Positions 12,451 through 26,659 of a stretch of DNA of 64,000 nt are shown piece by piece (the stretch's first letter is position 1; the number at the start of each line of letters is the position of its first letter). A program made the translations under genes and the position numbers. The notes under the pieces are model-generated. The model was not told the DNA's origin. It worked only from the letters and a program-made list of their open reading frames with translations, and ran no database searches. The stretch is from contig NW_003314271.1 in assembly GCF_000143415.4 (NCBI RefSeq), forward strand, positions 496,001-560,000, given 5' to 3'. This DNA is from Selaginella moellendorffii (Eukaryota > Plantae > Lycopodiophyta).

Positions 12451-14951
12451 TCAAAGGTGCTGTAATTGTACTCCAGCTTCGTTGTCGTGCTGCTGTTCTT
12501 CGATGGTCTGTTCTTCGATGGTTTGATACGAGTGCTGCTTGTTCCTGCGAAATCTCCACAGCTGCCAGTAAATTACACCTCCGGCCGTGCAAACCAGAAT
12601 GATGCAAACGGCGACGATCAGTGTCGCGGCAGCGATCTCGCGCTGACGAGATCCTCCCATTTGCCTGAAACTAAACGCAGGACTGAGCTGTCCGGAAGAA
12701 AAAAGTTTTTTGAGAAGAACTTACTTTTGGCGCTCAAGAACTCTACAGCTGGTGAGATTGTAGACTCCAAACACCTCCGACAAGTGGACTTCATGCCGCT
12801 CCAAACGTGAGATGAGCTGCTGCCAAGTTTTCTCACTTCTTAGTGCCCGCAGAAGAAAAAGACACGAACATTACCTTGGTCGAGTCCATCTCATTTGGAA
12901 AAGCCATCCAAGCCACCACGATACTGCTCCCAGCAGCCGTGAAGTTGAGAATTCTGACCTGAGAAAGGCTGTCAATGACAAAGAGTTTTAAGCCGTAGAG
13001 TTGTACCTGATCGAGATCTAAATCCAGCTCTCGGGCTACGTCCTTGACGAACTCCGCGGTTAAGCTGGCAAAAGTGGTGTAATTCGTTGCCAGCAGCATG
13101 CTGACTTCGATAGCTCCGGCCATGTCTCCTGCGCCAACAGAAGGAGACGGGGCCGGAGGGAGCAAGAACTGAGCAGGCTGTGTCGAGTGACCGGGCTCGT
13201 TCGTCTCGGGCAGTCTGCTCCACAGGTCGTTGCACTTCGTCTTTAAGAATCCAATCGATGCCTTTCCACGGTTGTAAGTCACAAGCATGTTTCTCACGAT
13301 AATCCCTGCCATGATTCGGCAACGTCGCCAGGCTGAAAATCATCAAGTAGAGTTTGTACCTCCTAATAAAGTTGTCGGGTCTCCGTTCTCAAACACTCCC
13401 AAGCAGTATGCTCCAGAGATTTTTGTGTGCTGCGATGTTCACATGTGGAGAGAGAAAGAATGAAACCAATGTTTTTCGACTTTGGAAACACTTAAAGACA
13501 ATCTCACCCGAAACAGGTAGTTCTCTGGCGAGAGAGTTACGCTCTGACCATCTCCGAAAACGAAATCCACAGACGGGAAGAACTGGGACAGATTGGAAAC
13601 GTTCCTGTTGCGAAAGGAAACAGAAGTTAAGGGTGGGTTGAAATGGCATCTGCATGTACACTCACGTCCCGGCCCCGGCGTAGCAAATATCTTTAAACTT
13701 TTCATCCGGACCTGGCACCTCCTTAAGGCTTCCAACCTGTTCCTTCACCTGGAAGAAAAGGATTTCAAAAGATTCGTAAGCATGATTGACAGTTACGAGC
13801 GCTCTCTCGCACTTACTGCACTTTTAAAAGCCTGAAACGCAGCTCCAGGGAAGTACGCGTATGTCGTTCCGCTGTCCAGAACGGTGCCATACTTGCCATC
13901 AAAAACTTCGGGCTTTAAGCGCAACGGGCTACCACCAACACGAATTCCTTTGAGCATCAAGTTGTAATAAGGACTGGAAAAAAAGAAGATGTCAACTCTA
14001 ACAAAGTCAGAAAGAATGAAAGAATACCTGCGATGGGGATCAGACGCCGTAAAAACCATGTCTTTTGGGGGCTGAAAACCACCGAGTATCATCGCACCAC
14101 CCCCCTCGTCCATTCCTCCATAACAAAGAGAGAAAACGTCCTCCATGGCATTCTTCTCAACGAGCTGGTCGATGATGCTCAGAGGACCTCGTCCCAGTCC
14201 GATAATTCCATCCGCAGTCTGATCATACAAGTCCCCCGTCTCGGCAGTCTCGCAGCCGAAAACGAGACGCTGGCCACCGAGATCGCTGCTGTTGCTAAAA
14301 CCTATCACGTCCTTTCCAAGCACTCCACTGCTTGTGCTCTTCTCCGCATACTGGCGCTGATACTTGCCTGCGGGAGACTTGAGAGCCTTGCAAAAAGCTT
14401 GTGAAAAACTTACAGAAGTGCTACTTACAACGTGATCCATCACAGAAACCCGTGCTGCATTCGCTCCCACACTCGAGAGGCTTGTAAGAGGACGACAAAG
14501 CTGGAGAAAATCTGGGATCCTGCAAGAAAAAAAAAGAGCAAAACATTTTTTTGGGAGAAAGAAAGGAAGATCTATCTACCTGGTGATTGCCACAGTGAGT
14601 ACACGAAGAACAAGGAACGTAAGTGACAGTGCTTCCAGTGTCGACAATGAGAGAAAATTCGTGAGGTGGTGTTCCAATCTTAACTCTGCTTGTATAATAC
14701 CTGCAAGAATTTGGATTGAGCGTGGCTGCGCCAGAGGAGAGAAAGGAGCAAACGAAATTCGAGACAACAGACCCTTTAGTGAGGAGATCGTCGTGTAAAT
14801 CCATTCGCGCACTTCCCAGCAGCTCCCTGTCGCGCCTACGATGAGAATTTGCGACGAGCTCCAACGGCATTACCATCGGATTGGCGAAGACAGAGAGCAT
14901 TCCTAGTTGAGCCAGTGACAATCCAAGGAGGAACAGAGCCTTGTGCGCCAT
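12451..14951 (-). CDS. Membrane-anchored A1 aspartic protease (At3g50050-like), multi-exon
   Basis: Signal peptide; ARMDLHDDLL, catalytic IVDTGST and VLDSGTT, FGCETAETGDL..QTADGIIGLG; C-terminal TM IAAATLIVAVCIILVCTAGGVIYW. Confidence 0.93.
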
Positions 14952-16736
14952 TGTGGTGCTCTGCCCTAGATCGTAACTTAGGTCTACCTTCGTCACGTTC
15001 AAAATTATTATTATTCTTTTATTTTGATTTGAATGAAACACAAGTTTAATCTAACTCTGAATCTATTGAATCTTTTCCCTAACTATCGTTACCTTTAGGA
15101 TGAGTCAGATTACAGTGTGAAATGTACTTTACTCTCATCTGGACTAAAGTGCCATGTCAATCAAACATTAAACCAAATTAAAAATTATCCAGATGCTAGC
15201 ATTTGAATGGATTATTCTAAGAGGAGTGAATTTTACTAGGGACTAAAACAAGGGGTAAGTTTACTCCTGAGAGAGTGAAGTTTACTTTTGGTCCATTTAC
15301 ATGTGACCATAGTTTTAGTGAAGGACCAAGAGTAAAGATTGCTTTGAAAAAAAGGGGTGGGTGGTTGAGGCATGTGACCTGGCTCTAAAACCAAACAAAA
15401 GCTCAAGAAAACATTCTTCCCTCCAAGAAAATTTTTAAATCTTTTTTCTATGAAAACCTCCCCTTTACTTGTAACATCTGTATTAATAATAATTGTTTTT
15501 AGTATTTCTTTATTTTATTTTTGGTAGTATTATATTTTAAAATATTATTTTTATAAATATTTTCATACCAAGTGAAACTATAAAGTTAAATAATATATCT
15601 GATATCTATAATAAAATTGTTTATGTTTAGTGTTTGTTCTTATAATTTTGTCTATGTCTCAGTAACATTAGTTCTTTTAAAATATTAGTGTACTAAATAT
15701 ATTTATATTCTATATATGTATATACAGTATATATTTAAAGGAAATGTTTTTTATTAAATTCCATATTTTTGTATACACCCAGCATTTGCTAGGCATTTGA
15801 AGTGTTGGAGTGTTGGTAAGGTAGTTTATTAGGTATAATTGCTAATTAGGGGGAAAATTCATTTAATATTTTATATAGGCGTATAAGAAGAAGGATTTTG
15901 AATTGGCATTGGTGAATTACTCCAAAGCAATCGAGTTCGACAACAATCCTATCTCACAAATAGAGTGGTGGAAAGTTCTCTAAAAAAAGTGATCAATGCA
16001 CTAATACAATTCATCCTTGGGACAAAGACATTATTAGAGGGGAAGAATTGTTAGGTGTCAATTTTGACCAAATGGTCAATATGGTCAAAGGTAAACTAAA
16101 GCATCAGAGGGTAAGGAACTTAACCTACCCTAAGGGATTTTAGTGGAGCAATTGTGCAGTAAAGCTTTTGAGGTAACTTTGGATCATAACACTAAATAAG
16201 AAGTTTCATTCTCAGAAGTACATAATTATAAATATTAATTATGATGTTTTCCACAATAAATTATTTTTAATTATGGACCCTTTTGAAGCTTAGTGTTATT
16301 TCTTTGAAAATTCTCCCCAAATGATTACTATTTATAATGATTATAAAAACCTTTAATATTGGTCTTTGACATACATCTTCAATCATATCAGTAGTCACAA
16401 TCACTATCTCACTTCTGAGATAGCGATTTATGATTGTACATTACCTAGAGAAAGCAAATGAAAAAGTTAATGCTCTTACTCACCATAGTTATCTCAAAGA
16501 CTTTACATTCAAATTTCAGTATCAAACTCTCCTTAATTCCTCTCAGTTATAAATCAATTCCCTTACACAATTCTTTGCTCCTCTTAATCACTTCCTCAAG
16601 TTACAAATTAAAGTAATTTAAGCCATCAATCCATTTGTCTATGTGATGCTTTTCCAATCTAACATAATGAGTATTAATTTTTTCAATTTTGGGATTAATT
16701 CCTTCATCAATATGCTTAATTGTGTGTACTTGATAG

Positions 16737-17912
16737 TGTTGCAAATGTGACTTCGGGTATCAAAAGTTACCTGTCAGCCAGTCCTTACAGACACTCTTTC
16801 CTTACTGCCACGATGGCACGAGGTCAGTATTGCTGGTTCTCTTTATTAGCCCCTCTTGTTCAAGTGTTAATTTACTGGGCTTTGCATCTGTACTTGGCCG
16901 GATGAGCATAAGGACGGAATTCCTAAGTGTCTATTCAGCTAAGCATACTTAGCTTGGCTTTTTAGTTCTCTTTTGCTCTGTCTTGCACTGGCTTGACAAG
17001 AACCCTCGTGTATTGAGATAGTCTTTCAATATCGCTGGATGATAGCTTACTGTGTCTGCCAAACACCCTTGCTATCATGCCCTTTGTGTTAGTCTCATTT
17101 CGGTCCCAAATGCTATTTATGGAAAGTGTTTAGATTTGCTCATTTGGCATATTTACGGAATGTAGAGATTGGCCTGAACACAATGGGGTTCGTCCCGTGT
17201 CCAAATTCGCATTCTAGCACCATTTCATATTTAGTAAGTTTCGAGCTTGTCCCAGAGACTAACTCTTGATACTAAAGGAGGCTTGGGGTGAAAGCCCAAA
17301 GCGTGTGTTCCTCAAGAGGGGAGGGAGCAGGGGGGAGGGGGGGCAGGGGCGGGCGGCTGTGGGGGGTTCCAAATGTATAGTTGGGATAGTGGGTACGTCA
17401 GGCATGGCCCACCAACCTGAGGTATAGTCTAGCTCCCACTTGCATGCCTATCCTTGTTTTGCGTCTGGCTTGAGTCTAAGCCCAAGCTCTATTCCATGCT
17501 AGCTGGTGGAGTACCCATATCCTCGCGTTAGGCCACTGGTATGCTGAAATAGCGCAAAACTCCGTTTAGCTCCATTTTGCTTGCTGGTCCTGGCATTGGG
17601 ATGTTGGTTGCTTTAGGACTGTTCCAAGTCGCTCCGGGCTCCTGTCCCTTCGCTCCTTGGGCTGTATGCTCAGGGGTTGCTCCGTGGTTCGGTTTTGTCA
17701 CTCTTTGGCTCCATGCTTGGGAGTTTGGCACCATTCCTTCGTTTAGTGGCCCAAGGCCCTGAACCTTGGGTTCCACACCACATTCCTTTGGACATGTGTC
17801 ATGTGACATGTGGCATCTGTCACGTGGCATATGAAGGGTTTAGGTTCCGTTTCGTGGTGTTATCCTATGGTAAATCACCATAAGATAAATGGTCAAAACC
17901 ACGTGCGCTACA
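16737..17912 (+). repeat. 5' LTR of family-1 element
   Basis: High-identity direct repeat of 21707-22810; G-rich tract at 17316-17368. Confidence 0.93.
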
Positions 17913-20900
17913 TTTGGTATCAGAAGATGAGTCTTAGCAAGTACTATTCAATGAGATTGGGCAATTAGTCTCATTGCATATGCAGAGATGAAAACGATGA
18001 TCCGAGTGGGTACACGTTTGGGTGCTAAGACTTCGCATTCGTTCCTTGGGTATGGATTTGTTTAGTATTTTGTTAGTATGGATTTGTAGTTAGTATTTTG
18101 TTCCTTGGGTTTGCCCATAAGGTGTTGAAAAGGGTTATAGCATTTACTTGCTATGGCTTGTTGGTTTATCCGTGAACACTTAGAGTAGATTGTTGGATGG
18201 AGAAAATGTGTAGTTGAGGCAATAACATCACTAGCACTTGTGTTAGTGAAAGTGGCATTGTTGTTTGAATGATAAAGAATTTTCCTTAAAGCTTGATTTT
18301 CCATGTCATTTTTTTTGTCAGTGTTTTTTGCTTCACATTGGATGTTGAAGGTGGTTGAAGAAGAGTGTTAGTGCAAATGTGGATATCCGAAGATGCGGTC
18401 TTCGTGATCAAGCCTTGGATGTTTATTTTGCATTTTTGCGGATGTCGGTGTTGGATGTCGGAAGTATAGGCAAAGATGTTCGAAGCTTAAGCATATTGAT
18501 GGATCATGAGAATTGGTGTTGAGGTGAACCTATGTGAAGTAGTAGGTAAGAGGAAGTTGGTTGAGTCTTGAAAGTTTGCATTCTTGGATTGAGAGTCATT
18601 CTTTCTCTAGGATGGAAATTTTTCCACAAATTTTCTTAGGCTTTTCCAATGGTTGATCTATCAGTCACTTTGCTCGAAAACCATTTCGTTTTTATAGGCT
18701 AATACAAACTAATAAAAGGGTTGAAGTTAACTTTGGTTGGCTTAGACCTTAGTAAATAGTTTGTATGGTGTAGCCCGAAAGGGATTCTGACTTTTGGGGC
18801 TAAGGCAATTGAGTTGGATAGAGTTTAGAGTTGGTTTAGAAAAGTGGCCATTGCGCTTTTTTAAGAAGGGTGACTCTTATGCCTTTCTTTTGTAGCATTA
18901 TGCTCGGTGGCAAGTTGCACCTTGCATTTCATTACACTCTATAAGAGTAATGAGCTCTCACTAATCCTGACTTAGTCTTGGTGGTTTTGCACCTTGGCTG
19001 AGGATGGTGATGTCCAACTTAGTTGTTTGAGGTTGAGATGTTGGTACCCGTATTATAGCTTTGTCTATAAAGAGGTTATGTACCGATATGAGTCCATTTC
19101 ATGGTCTTCATTTTAGTTTCGACTAAGTGTTAATCGCATAGCTAGCCTCTTCAAGGCATGCTCAGAGCTAGTGGCTAAATGTTTTAGTGAGTTTATTGTG
19201 GTTGTGTTGGATTCGAGTGGTCATTTAGTTTGTGCTTATCTATGAATTTTTATCTCATACCTGGGGTATCACATTCATGTTAGATAAGTATATAACTTAA
19301 TGACGTGAGTTTAGTGTTTGGGTCTTGTGAAGGCAAGTTGAAGAGCTATTGTTAGTTGCTTTGCAACTAGTGATTGCTTGTAGACTTTGTCAACGATTGT
19401 TTGATACTTGCTTTACTCGATGATGATTTAGCAATGATGGGCTTGCTTTACCGGATGGTGTTGCGGAGGATCGTGTCGTTAGACTTACATGAGTTTTTCA
19501 TGTTGGCATGTCAACTCTACCTCTATCGATATCATTTGGTTACATTTGGTCTATAGTGTTGGATTTCATTGAGTCGTGGATGTGGTGAATCACTCCTTGA
19601 TGATGTTTTATCTGAAACTGAGTATTGCTGAAGGATTTGTCTCGGATACTAACTCAGTATCTTTGACTTTGGTTAGCTTGGTTGCTATAGAGCTTTGAGT
19701 GGTGATTTACTCTTGCTTTCTTATAGCTTTTTTCTGGTGCTGATAGCATTGAAGTGATGCCTTGTTGTTGACATTGTTGATATTGAGATTTGAGTGAAAT
19801 AACATATCCTTCCAAGGATTGATATTGAGTTTCATTAGTCTTGATGAAGATAGTGTTGATGATTTAGCTTCTTTGTGTTGTTGGCATTCATACATTTGTT
19901 AATTAATAACTATGTTGACGTTCAAATGAACTGAATGGCAAGTTGAGTTAGTTGTGTTCTCGACAAGGTTGCTTAGTTAAGGTTGAGCTTTAGCTTTTTC
20001 TTGAAAAGTGAGTTAGTCGTGGACTATACTAGCTTTACGAGATGAAGAGTTAGTGATCGATATTGAAATGTTTGAATCCTTTGTTGGATTTCAGTTGAAA
20101 TATATTGATCATTGATAATTCTTTTTGTGCTTGTTACGATGTGCGTTACATCTTGCTATAAATAGATTCATGGAGGATCATTTAGTGATCACTTGTTGAG
20201 CATAGCTCCATTATACTTAGGTTTTGGATTGATGCAGAAATACTCTTCATTAGTTTTGGCATTATGAAGTTTGGTTTATGGATGTGTTGAAGAGAATATT
20301 ATGGGTTGTATCATGATTTCTTCTTTAGCATTAAAGTTAGTTCATGCAAGACTTGTGATCATTATAGACAAAGACTTAATTATAAGCTTCTTCAAGCTTT
20401 TGGTTCTTTGAGTTTTCATACTCACTGTTCCATTTGCTAGAAGTTGTTGGGGAAGGCATTATAGCTCATAACTTCGCTGTTGAAGTTAGTATTTGCATTT
20501 AGCAATCTTTGATGATGATTGACTATCATCTAGAATAGTTGATTATCCTTGTCAAAATGTTTTGCTTGATTATTGTTAGTATAAAATGATTTCCTATTCT
20601 TCGGGATGGTGGATTCCTTCTTTGACGATGATTATGCATCTCTGTTTTTGATGGGATGATTAATGATCTTTCATGATGGTTAGTTATTCTCTTTGATGGC
20701 TTATGGCTTTTCGCATTACTATATGTTCTTTGTGATTTGCCTTGGATTGGTTTCTTGGGCTTGAGACATTAGTAGGACATTGCTAACACTTGCTTAGGCA
20801 ACTTAAGTTCCTTGGTATTGTTGACCGGGATCTATTCAGATTGGCTAGTGTGATGGTTGGCATGACTAAGTGTTTATTTGCTTTGCAATATTCATTTTGT

Positions 20901-21706
20901 TTTGTTGATTATTGCTCGAGTTAGTTCTCATAGATTACGATGTTATTTCCTTCGAGTGATACATTCGCGAGCATTGTGCTTGTTAGTCAATGATACTTTG
21001 TGTTCTTTGAGTTGTGTTTTGTGAGTTGTTAGGCATTCTATCTGGTAGTTAAGTTTCCTCATTGAGTTTACTTGATGATATCCTTGCTATTGAATTTTGT
21101 TGGATGGTGAATCTTATATTTTCCATTGATAGTGATCTTGGTGGTTTTTGTATTCAAATACTGGTATATTGATCTTTGAGTTTGGGCCAGTATAGGCAAA
21201 CTGGCTTCGGCACTTCACGTGCATATTGAAATCTCTAGTCATGGGGTAGCTACTGTCGACTGGTCACATCACCTACCTCTCTGTCGATGATCTTTATTCC
21301 ATTAAAAAGGCGTGACCATGTAAACAACTCTAACTGCCTGTTTATAGTAGTCTATCTAAACCTTACTGATGGGTTTGGTTTCTTTGCTCAGGAGGGTTGG
21401 GGCCTCTGGCTCCTCTTTCTATGTCCTTGCGGGCAGGGGTGTATTACACTTTTGTAGCTGGGTGACACCCAGAGCAACAAGGGTGGCTAACTCCGTTGGT
21501 CATTTCCTTGTCGGTGACGGTTGGAAGGTGTCTGAGTTAGTAGTGCATCCGCATTAGACAAAGAGGTTGCCCCCTAATCATTTAAGTTGATGTATTTCTC
21601 ACATAGTATGAATTCCGTGAACTTTTTCTGGAGTTGTTTCCTTGGCGGTATTCTAGACTCGAGTATGCATTGACGAGGACGTCGATCTTCCCTAGAGGGG
21701 GAAGAG

Positions 21707-22810
21707 TGTCGCGAATGTGACTTCGGGTATCAAAAGTTACCTGTCCACTAGTCCTTATAGACACTCTTTCCTTATTGCCACAATGGCAGAAGGTCAGTAT
21801 TGTTGGTTCCCTTTATCAGCCCTTCTTGTTCAAGTGTTAGTTTACTGGGCTTTGCATTTGTACTTGGCCAGATGAGCATAAGGACGGAATTCCTAAGTGT
21901 TTATTCAACCAAGCATACTTGGCTTAGCTTTTTAGTTCTCTTTTGCTCTATCTTGCACTGGCTTGACAAGAACCCTCGCATATTGAGATTAGTCCCTTAA
22001 TATCGCTGGATGATAGCTTACCTTTTTTGCCAAACACCCTCACTATCATGTCCTTTGGGTTAGTCTCATTTTGGTAGATTTGCTCATTTGGCATATTTAC
22101 GGAATGTAGAGATTGGCCTGAACACAATGGTGTTCGTCCCATGTCCCAATTCGCATTCTAACACTATTCCATATTTAATAAGTTTTGAGCTTATCCTAAA
22201 GACTAACTCCCGATACTAAAGGAGGCTTGGGGTGAAAGCCCAAAGCGTGTGTTCCTAAGGGGGGGGGGGGGGGCGGGGGGAGGGGGGCGAGGGGGGGGAT
22301 AGTGGGTAGGTCATGCATGGCCCACCAACCTGAGGCATAGTCTAGCTCCTGCTTGCATGCCTATCCTTATTTTGCATCTGGCTTGGGTCTAAGCCCAAGC
22401 TCCATTCCATGCTAGCTGGTGGAGTACCCATATCCTTGCATTAGGCCATCGGTATGCTGAAATAGCGCCAAACTCCGTTTGGCTCCGTTTTGCTTGCTGG
22501 TCCTAGCATTGGGATGTTGGTTGCTCTAGGACTGTTCCAAGTCGCTCTGGGCTCCTGTCCCTTCGCTCCTTAGGCTGTATGCTCAGGGGTTGCTCCATGG
22601 TTCGGTTCTATCACTCCTCGGCTCCATGCTTGGGAGTTTGACACCATTCTTTCATTCAATAGCCCAAGGCCCTGAACCTCGGGTTCCACACCACGTTCTT
22701 TTGGACATGTGGCATCTATCATGTGGCACATGAAGGGCTTAGGTTCTGCTTCGTGGTGTTATCCTATGGTAAATCACCATAGGATAAAGGTCAAAACCAT
22801 GTGCGTTACA
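21707..22810 (+). repeat. 3' LTR of family-1 element
   Basis: Follows the PPT; ends ...GTTACA then TSD; G-tract at 22259-22298. Confidence 0.93.
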
Positions 22811-25800
22811 GATAGTGATATGTAACTATATATCATCCAGCATCCTATGACACCCCAACAACATAGCACTTTAGTGTCCACAAGAAAAATTGGTCTAACA
22901 ATAGTTTTAATGATTCTACATGTTCAAATATATTGAAAATTTTCTTTATACCTACAGTATGTATTCAAAATGTTACAATATACTCCATTTAGTCTTCTTA
23001 AACCTCTTCCTTTTGCTCTAAGGTTTTAAAATTCTATCTTTATGAATTTTTTCACCATCCTATAAGAAGATTTGATAAAGTTCTTATTATGGTTAACTAA
23101 TTTTCCAAAATGGCATATTTCTTACCATATTACAAGACAATTGATAAAGAGCAACTAACTTATTTATAAGGAAATTTTCTACCTAAATGAATTGTTGGAC
23201 AATATTGTTAGTGATCAAGGGTTTTAATTTGTTTTTAACTTTTGACACTAGTTTTTCCACATCAAAAGAAAGTTGTCCACTTCTCACCATCCTAACATTG
23301 ATATGCAATTTAAGCATACTACTCAAATTCTTAAGTAATATCTTCAATGCTTTATTTTTTATCAACATAATGATTCCTTTCTTATGTTGAGTTTGCTTAT
23401 AATAATTCTCAGCAATCTTCAATGCATTTCTCTATTCATTGTTAATTATGGCCTTCATCCTTATTGATTATATCTAGCACTTATTCTTATAAATAGATTC
23501 TATTTCTACTTATGTTATTCCCTTGGATTCTCTTTATAAAGAAGTTTATTATCACTTTTCTTGTGCTCAAGTATTGCTAATTATTCTCACTAGCATGGTT
23601 GTTCTTTTCCAATTAGAACATAGGTTTGGTACCCTTAGAAAACCACACATCCTTGTAATAAGTTGGATTATAAATGTTTAGGTCTTTTTTTTATACTCTC
23701 TTGCACCTCTAAGGTCACTTATCAACTCGATCTTTCACTATCAATAGGTTTGTATCTGATGCTCCATATTTCTTTATTAAGCCTATAATGAAAATAAAAA
23801 AAATATTCTAGAAAAATAGGTGGCAATAATTTTTGAATCCTTATTCTTTGATACCACTTGTATTACACTACCACCTCCTCTAAAGGTTATTGTTGGCAGA
23901 CATGAGTTTGAAGTTGTTGTCATCCTTGACTCAAAGTATTAGTATCGTAAACTCTAACTATTTAGTCATTTAACTTAGGTGTTCTCTTAGCAATTATACT
24001 TAGGAGCTTGCTTTTCATCTTACTCATGCTTTTGAGTTAGTGGCAAATTTCCATTGGTGATATCTCCTTAAATATAATCTTACATCACTTTATTTACTAC
24101 TCAATGCTTGACATTAAAGAGGGGGATGATATCATGTATTTATCATCTCTTTGTATTTACTAAAAAGAATATTCACCACTATTAGCATAAATTGAACCAC
24201 AAACCTTTAGAACTCAAGACATACAGATTGGTATAGATCCTATAAAAATTATTTTAACTTGGGGTTAAATTAGATTAGTTTCCAGAGCCTCTAGGGCTTT
24301 TAGGGCTTTATACTCAAAATTTAGATATCTTGTCTATTATTTAGTATTTTTTTCATATTCCCTTCTCTCAATAATGAACTTTTAACAATCCTATAATGTA
24401 CATAATACAATATATATATAGACATCACTAAATTTTGAACACTTAATAAATTTTTATTTCTATATTAAGCAGTATACGTTTTATAATTATTATTTTAATT
24501 TTATTCTGGACTAGAGAGTAATGTGTTATTTTGTCTTAAAATATTATTTATATAAATAAATAAATTTATATTACCACAATAATTACATAGTAGTTTATAT
24601 TTAATATCTATATCAATAATAATTATTATAAGTTCCTTTTAGTTAGCATCAATGCATTCAGTCCAACACTAGTTGTATTCGTTTTTTTACCCTTATAATC
24701 AAAGTCATGAGTTTTACTAATGAATCTTAGGACAAACTAAATTACTTAAGGGCAAGGCATCCTATTACACATTAAGAAGATATAAAATTATTATATTAAA
24801 ATAAATTTTCTGTGTTATATTTGATATACTTTGCATATTATCCTGATTTGGTGCCTAACTATAAAATTTACCAAATAAGGAATAATTAAAATACTTTGCA
24901 CATAATAGTGTTATTTTTTGCATCCTAACACCATTTCCTATTTAGTAAGTTTTTAAGTTATCCTAGAGAGTAAAGGTGAAAGTCCAAAACCTAGTTTATT
25001 ACATTGCAATAGCTTTATCTAAGTTCTAGAGAGCTGATCTATTATGCTAAGCTAATGTGGCACTTTTGTTCATGTTGGAGTTTGCCTATTGAGTGTTAGA
25101 AAATGTTGTAATATTTATTTACTATAACTTATCAATATATCTATTGTTATTTGGAATAAATTATTAAATGGAGAAGGTGTGTAATTGAAGCATTAATATT
25201 TCTAGCACTTATGCTAATAGAAGTGGCATTGTTATGTTAGCTAAAGAGGAGTTTTCTTAAAATTTGACATTTTATGTCATTTTATTTTGCTAGTATTTTG
25301 GCTTTATATTATATCTTGAAAGTGATTTAAGAGAATGAATATCTATAGATAAATTTTTCATGATCAAGTCTTGGTATAGCATTTACAAATGTTAGTATTG
25401 AATGTTAGATTATAGGCATATTCTTACACACTTGGGCATTTTATTAGGTCATAAAACTTTATGGTGAGATGAATCTATATAAAATTGTATGTAGGAGGAA
25501 GTTAATTGAGCCTTAAGAATTTGAATTCTTGGACTATAGTCATTCTTTCTCTAAAATAGAAAATGTTTTCACAAATTTTCTTAGGCTTTTCTAATTTTTT
25601 TTTCTTGAAAAAATTCCATTTTTGTGAGCTATTGCAAACTAATGAAGGGGTTGGAGTTGACTTTAGTTAACTTGAATCTTAGTAAATATTTTGTTATGTT
25701 GTGGCCCCAAAGGGATATTGACTTTTATGGTTAAAGTAATTGAGTTGAATGTCAAAGTAAAAAAATGGTCATTGCACTTTTTTCAAAAGATGACCCTTGT

Positions 25801-26659
25801 ACCTTTTTTGCAGTGGTATGCATGGTGATAAATTGCACCTTGTATTTGGGTGAAACTCTTTAGTATGCTTTCATTATTCTTGACTTGGTCTTGATGCCCT
25901 TATGTTTAGCAAAAACTGGTGATATTTAGTTTAGTTTTTAGATGAAGTGTTAGTATCCATACTATAGCTATTTAATGGTTTTCACTTTATTTTTGACTAA
26001 GTGTTAATCATTTATAGTTGCCCTCTTGAAATCCACCAAAACCTAAAACTCATAAGCTAATAGCTCTAAATTTATAGTTGGCCTTGTGAAATATAGAGTG
26101 AATTATACATATTTACAAGCTTATTTTGGATAGTCATTTTGTATGTACATTAGAGTATTACCTTTCTATTGAACAAATATATAACTTGATGATATGAATT
26201 TGGTATTTATATGTTTTATGAAGGCAAGTTGATGAGTGATTGTTAGTTGTGTTATGATTAATGATGGCTTATAGACTTCCTAAAAGACTATTAACATTTA
26301 CTTAGCTTGATAATGGTTTAGTGGTGATGGCTTACTTACTGAATAGTATTGTGAAGGAATGTGTATTAGACCTTGTACGGTTTCTAAAGTTCCATCTCCA
26401 TTAAGATTTTTTAGTTACATTTATTCCATAGTGTTAGACTGCATTAAGTATTGGATGTGTGATAAACCACTTTATGTAGTATTTAAATCCAATCCTTTTA
26501 CAATAACTACCTATATATAACACTTCATTAAAAAGTGAGTTTGGTAAAGAGTTGTAAATATTTTCAATCTCACTTTATTCTAGCTTTGTTTGATGTTAGA
26601 ATGCAACTAAGGTATCATATTAAAACATTATCCCTACTATATATTTGGAATTTTTTACA

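Larger units (their letters stand above)
16737..22810 (+). mobile_element. Full-length non-autonomous LTR retrotransposon (LARD-like, 'family 1'), 6.07 kb, no recognisable gag/pol
   Basis: LTRs 16737-17912 and 21707-22810 (TG...CA); perfect GATAG TSD (16732-16736 and 22811-22815); Met-type PBS TGGTATCAGA at 17915; PPT AGAGGGGGAAGAG at 21694-21706. Confidence 0.93.
16380..24130 (+). mobile_element. Highly decayed Ty3/Gypsy chromovirus pol relic (RNase H end, integrase, chromodomain), split by the LTR element at 16737-22810
   Basis: KANxxxxAL-like RNase H end ~16450; 'LCVLDS' continues across the insertion into the integrase Zn-finger region; FSKMAYFLP..KTID ~23100; HEFEVVVILDSK ~23900; purine tract AAAGAGGGGGA ~24116. 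Confidence 0.7.

Noticed and set aside
15100-16000. Mutator-like subterminal repeats (GAGTGAAGTTTACT) and a hAT-like IEWWK fragment
   Set aside because: No matching terminal inverted repeat, TSD or longer transposase homology is visible.
16870-16925. Possible hammerhead ribozyme (retrozyme) in the family-1 LTR: C(G/A)GATGAG plus a distant GAAAG
   Set aside because: Neither LTR has the CTGANGA core, and no convincing stem II with adjacent GAAA can be formed.
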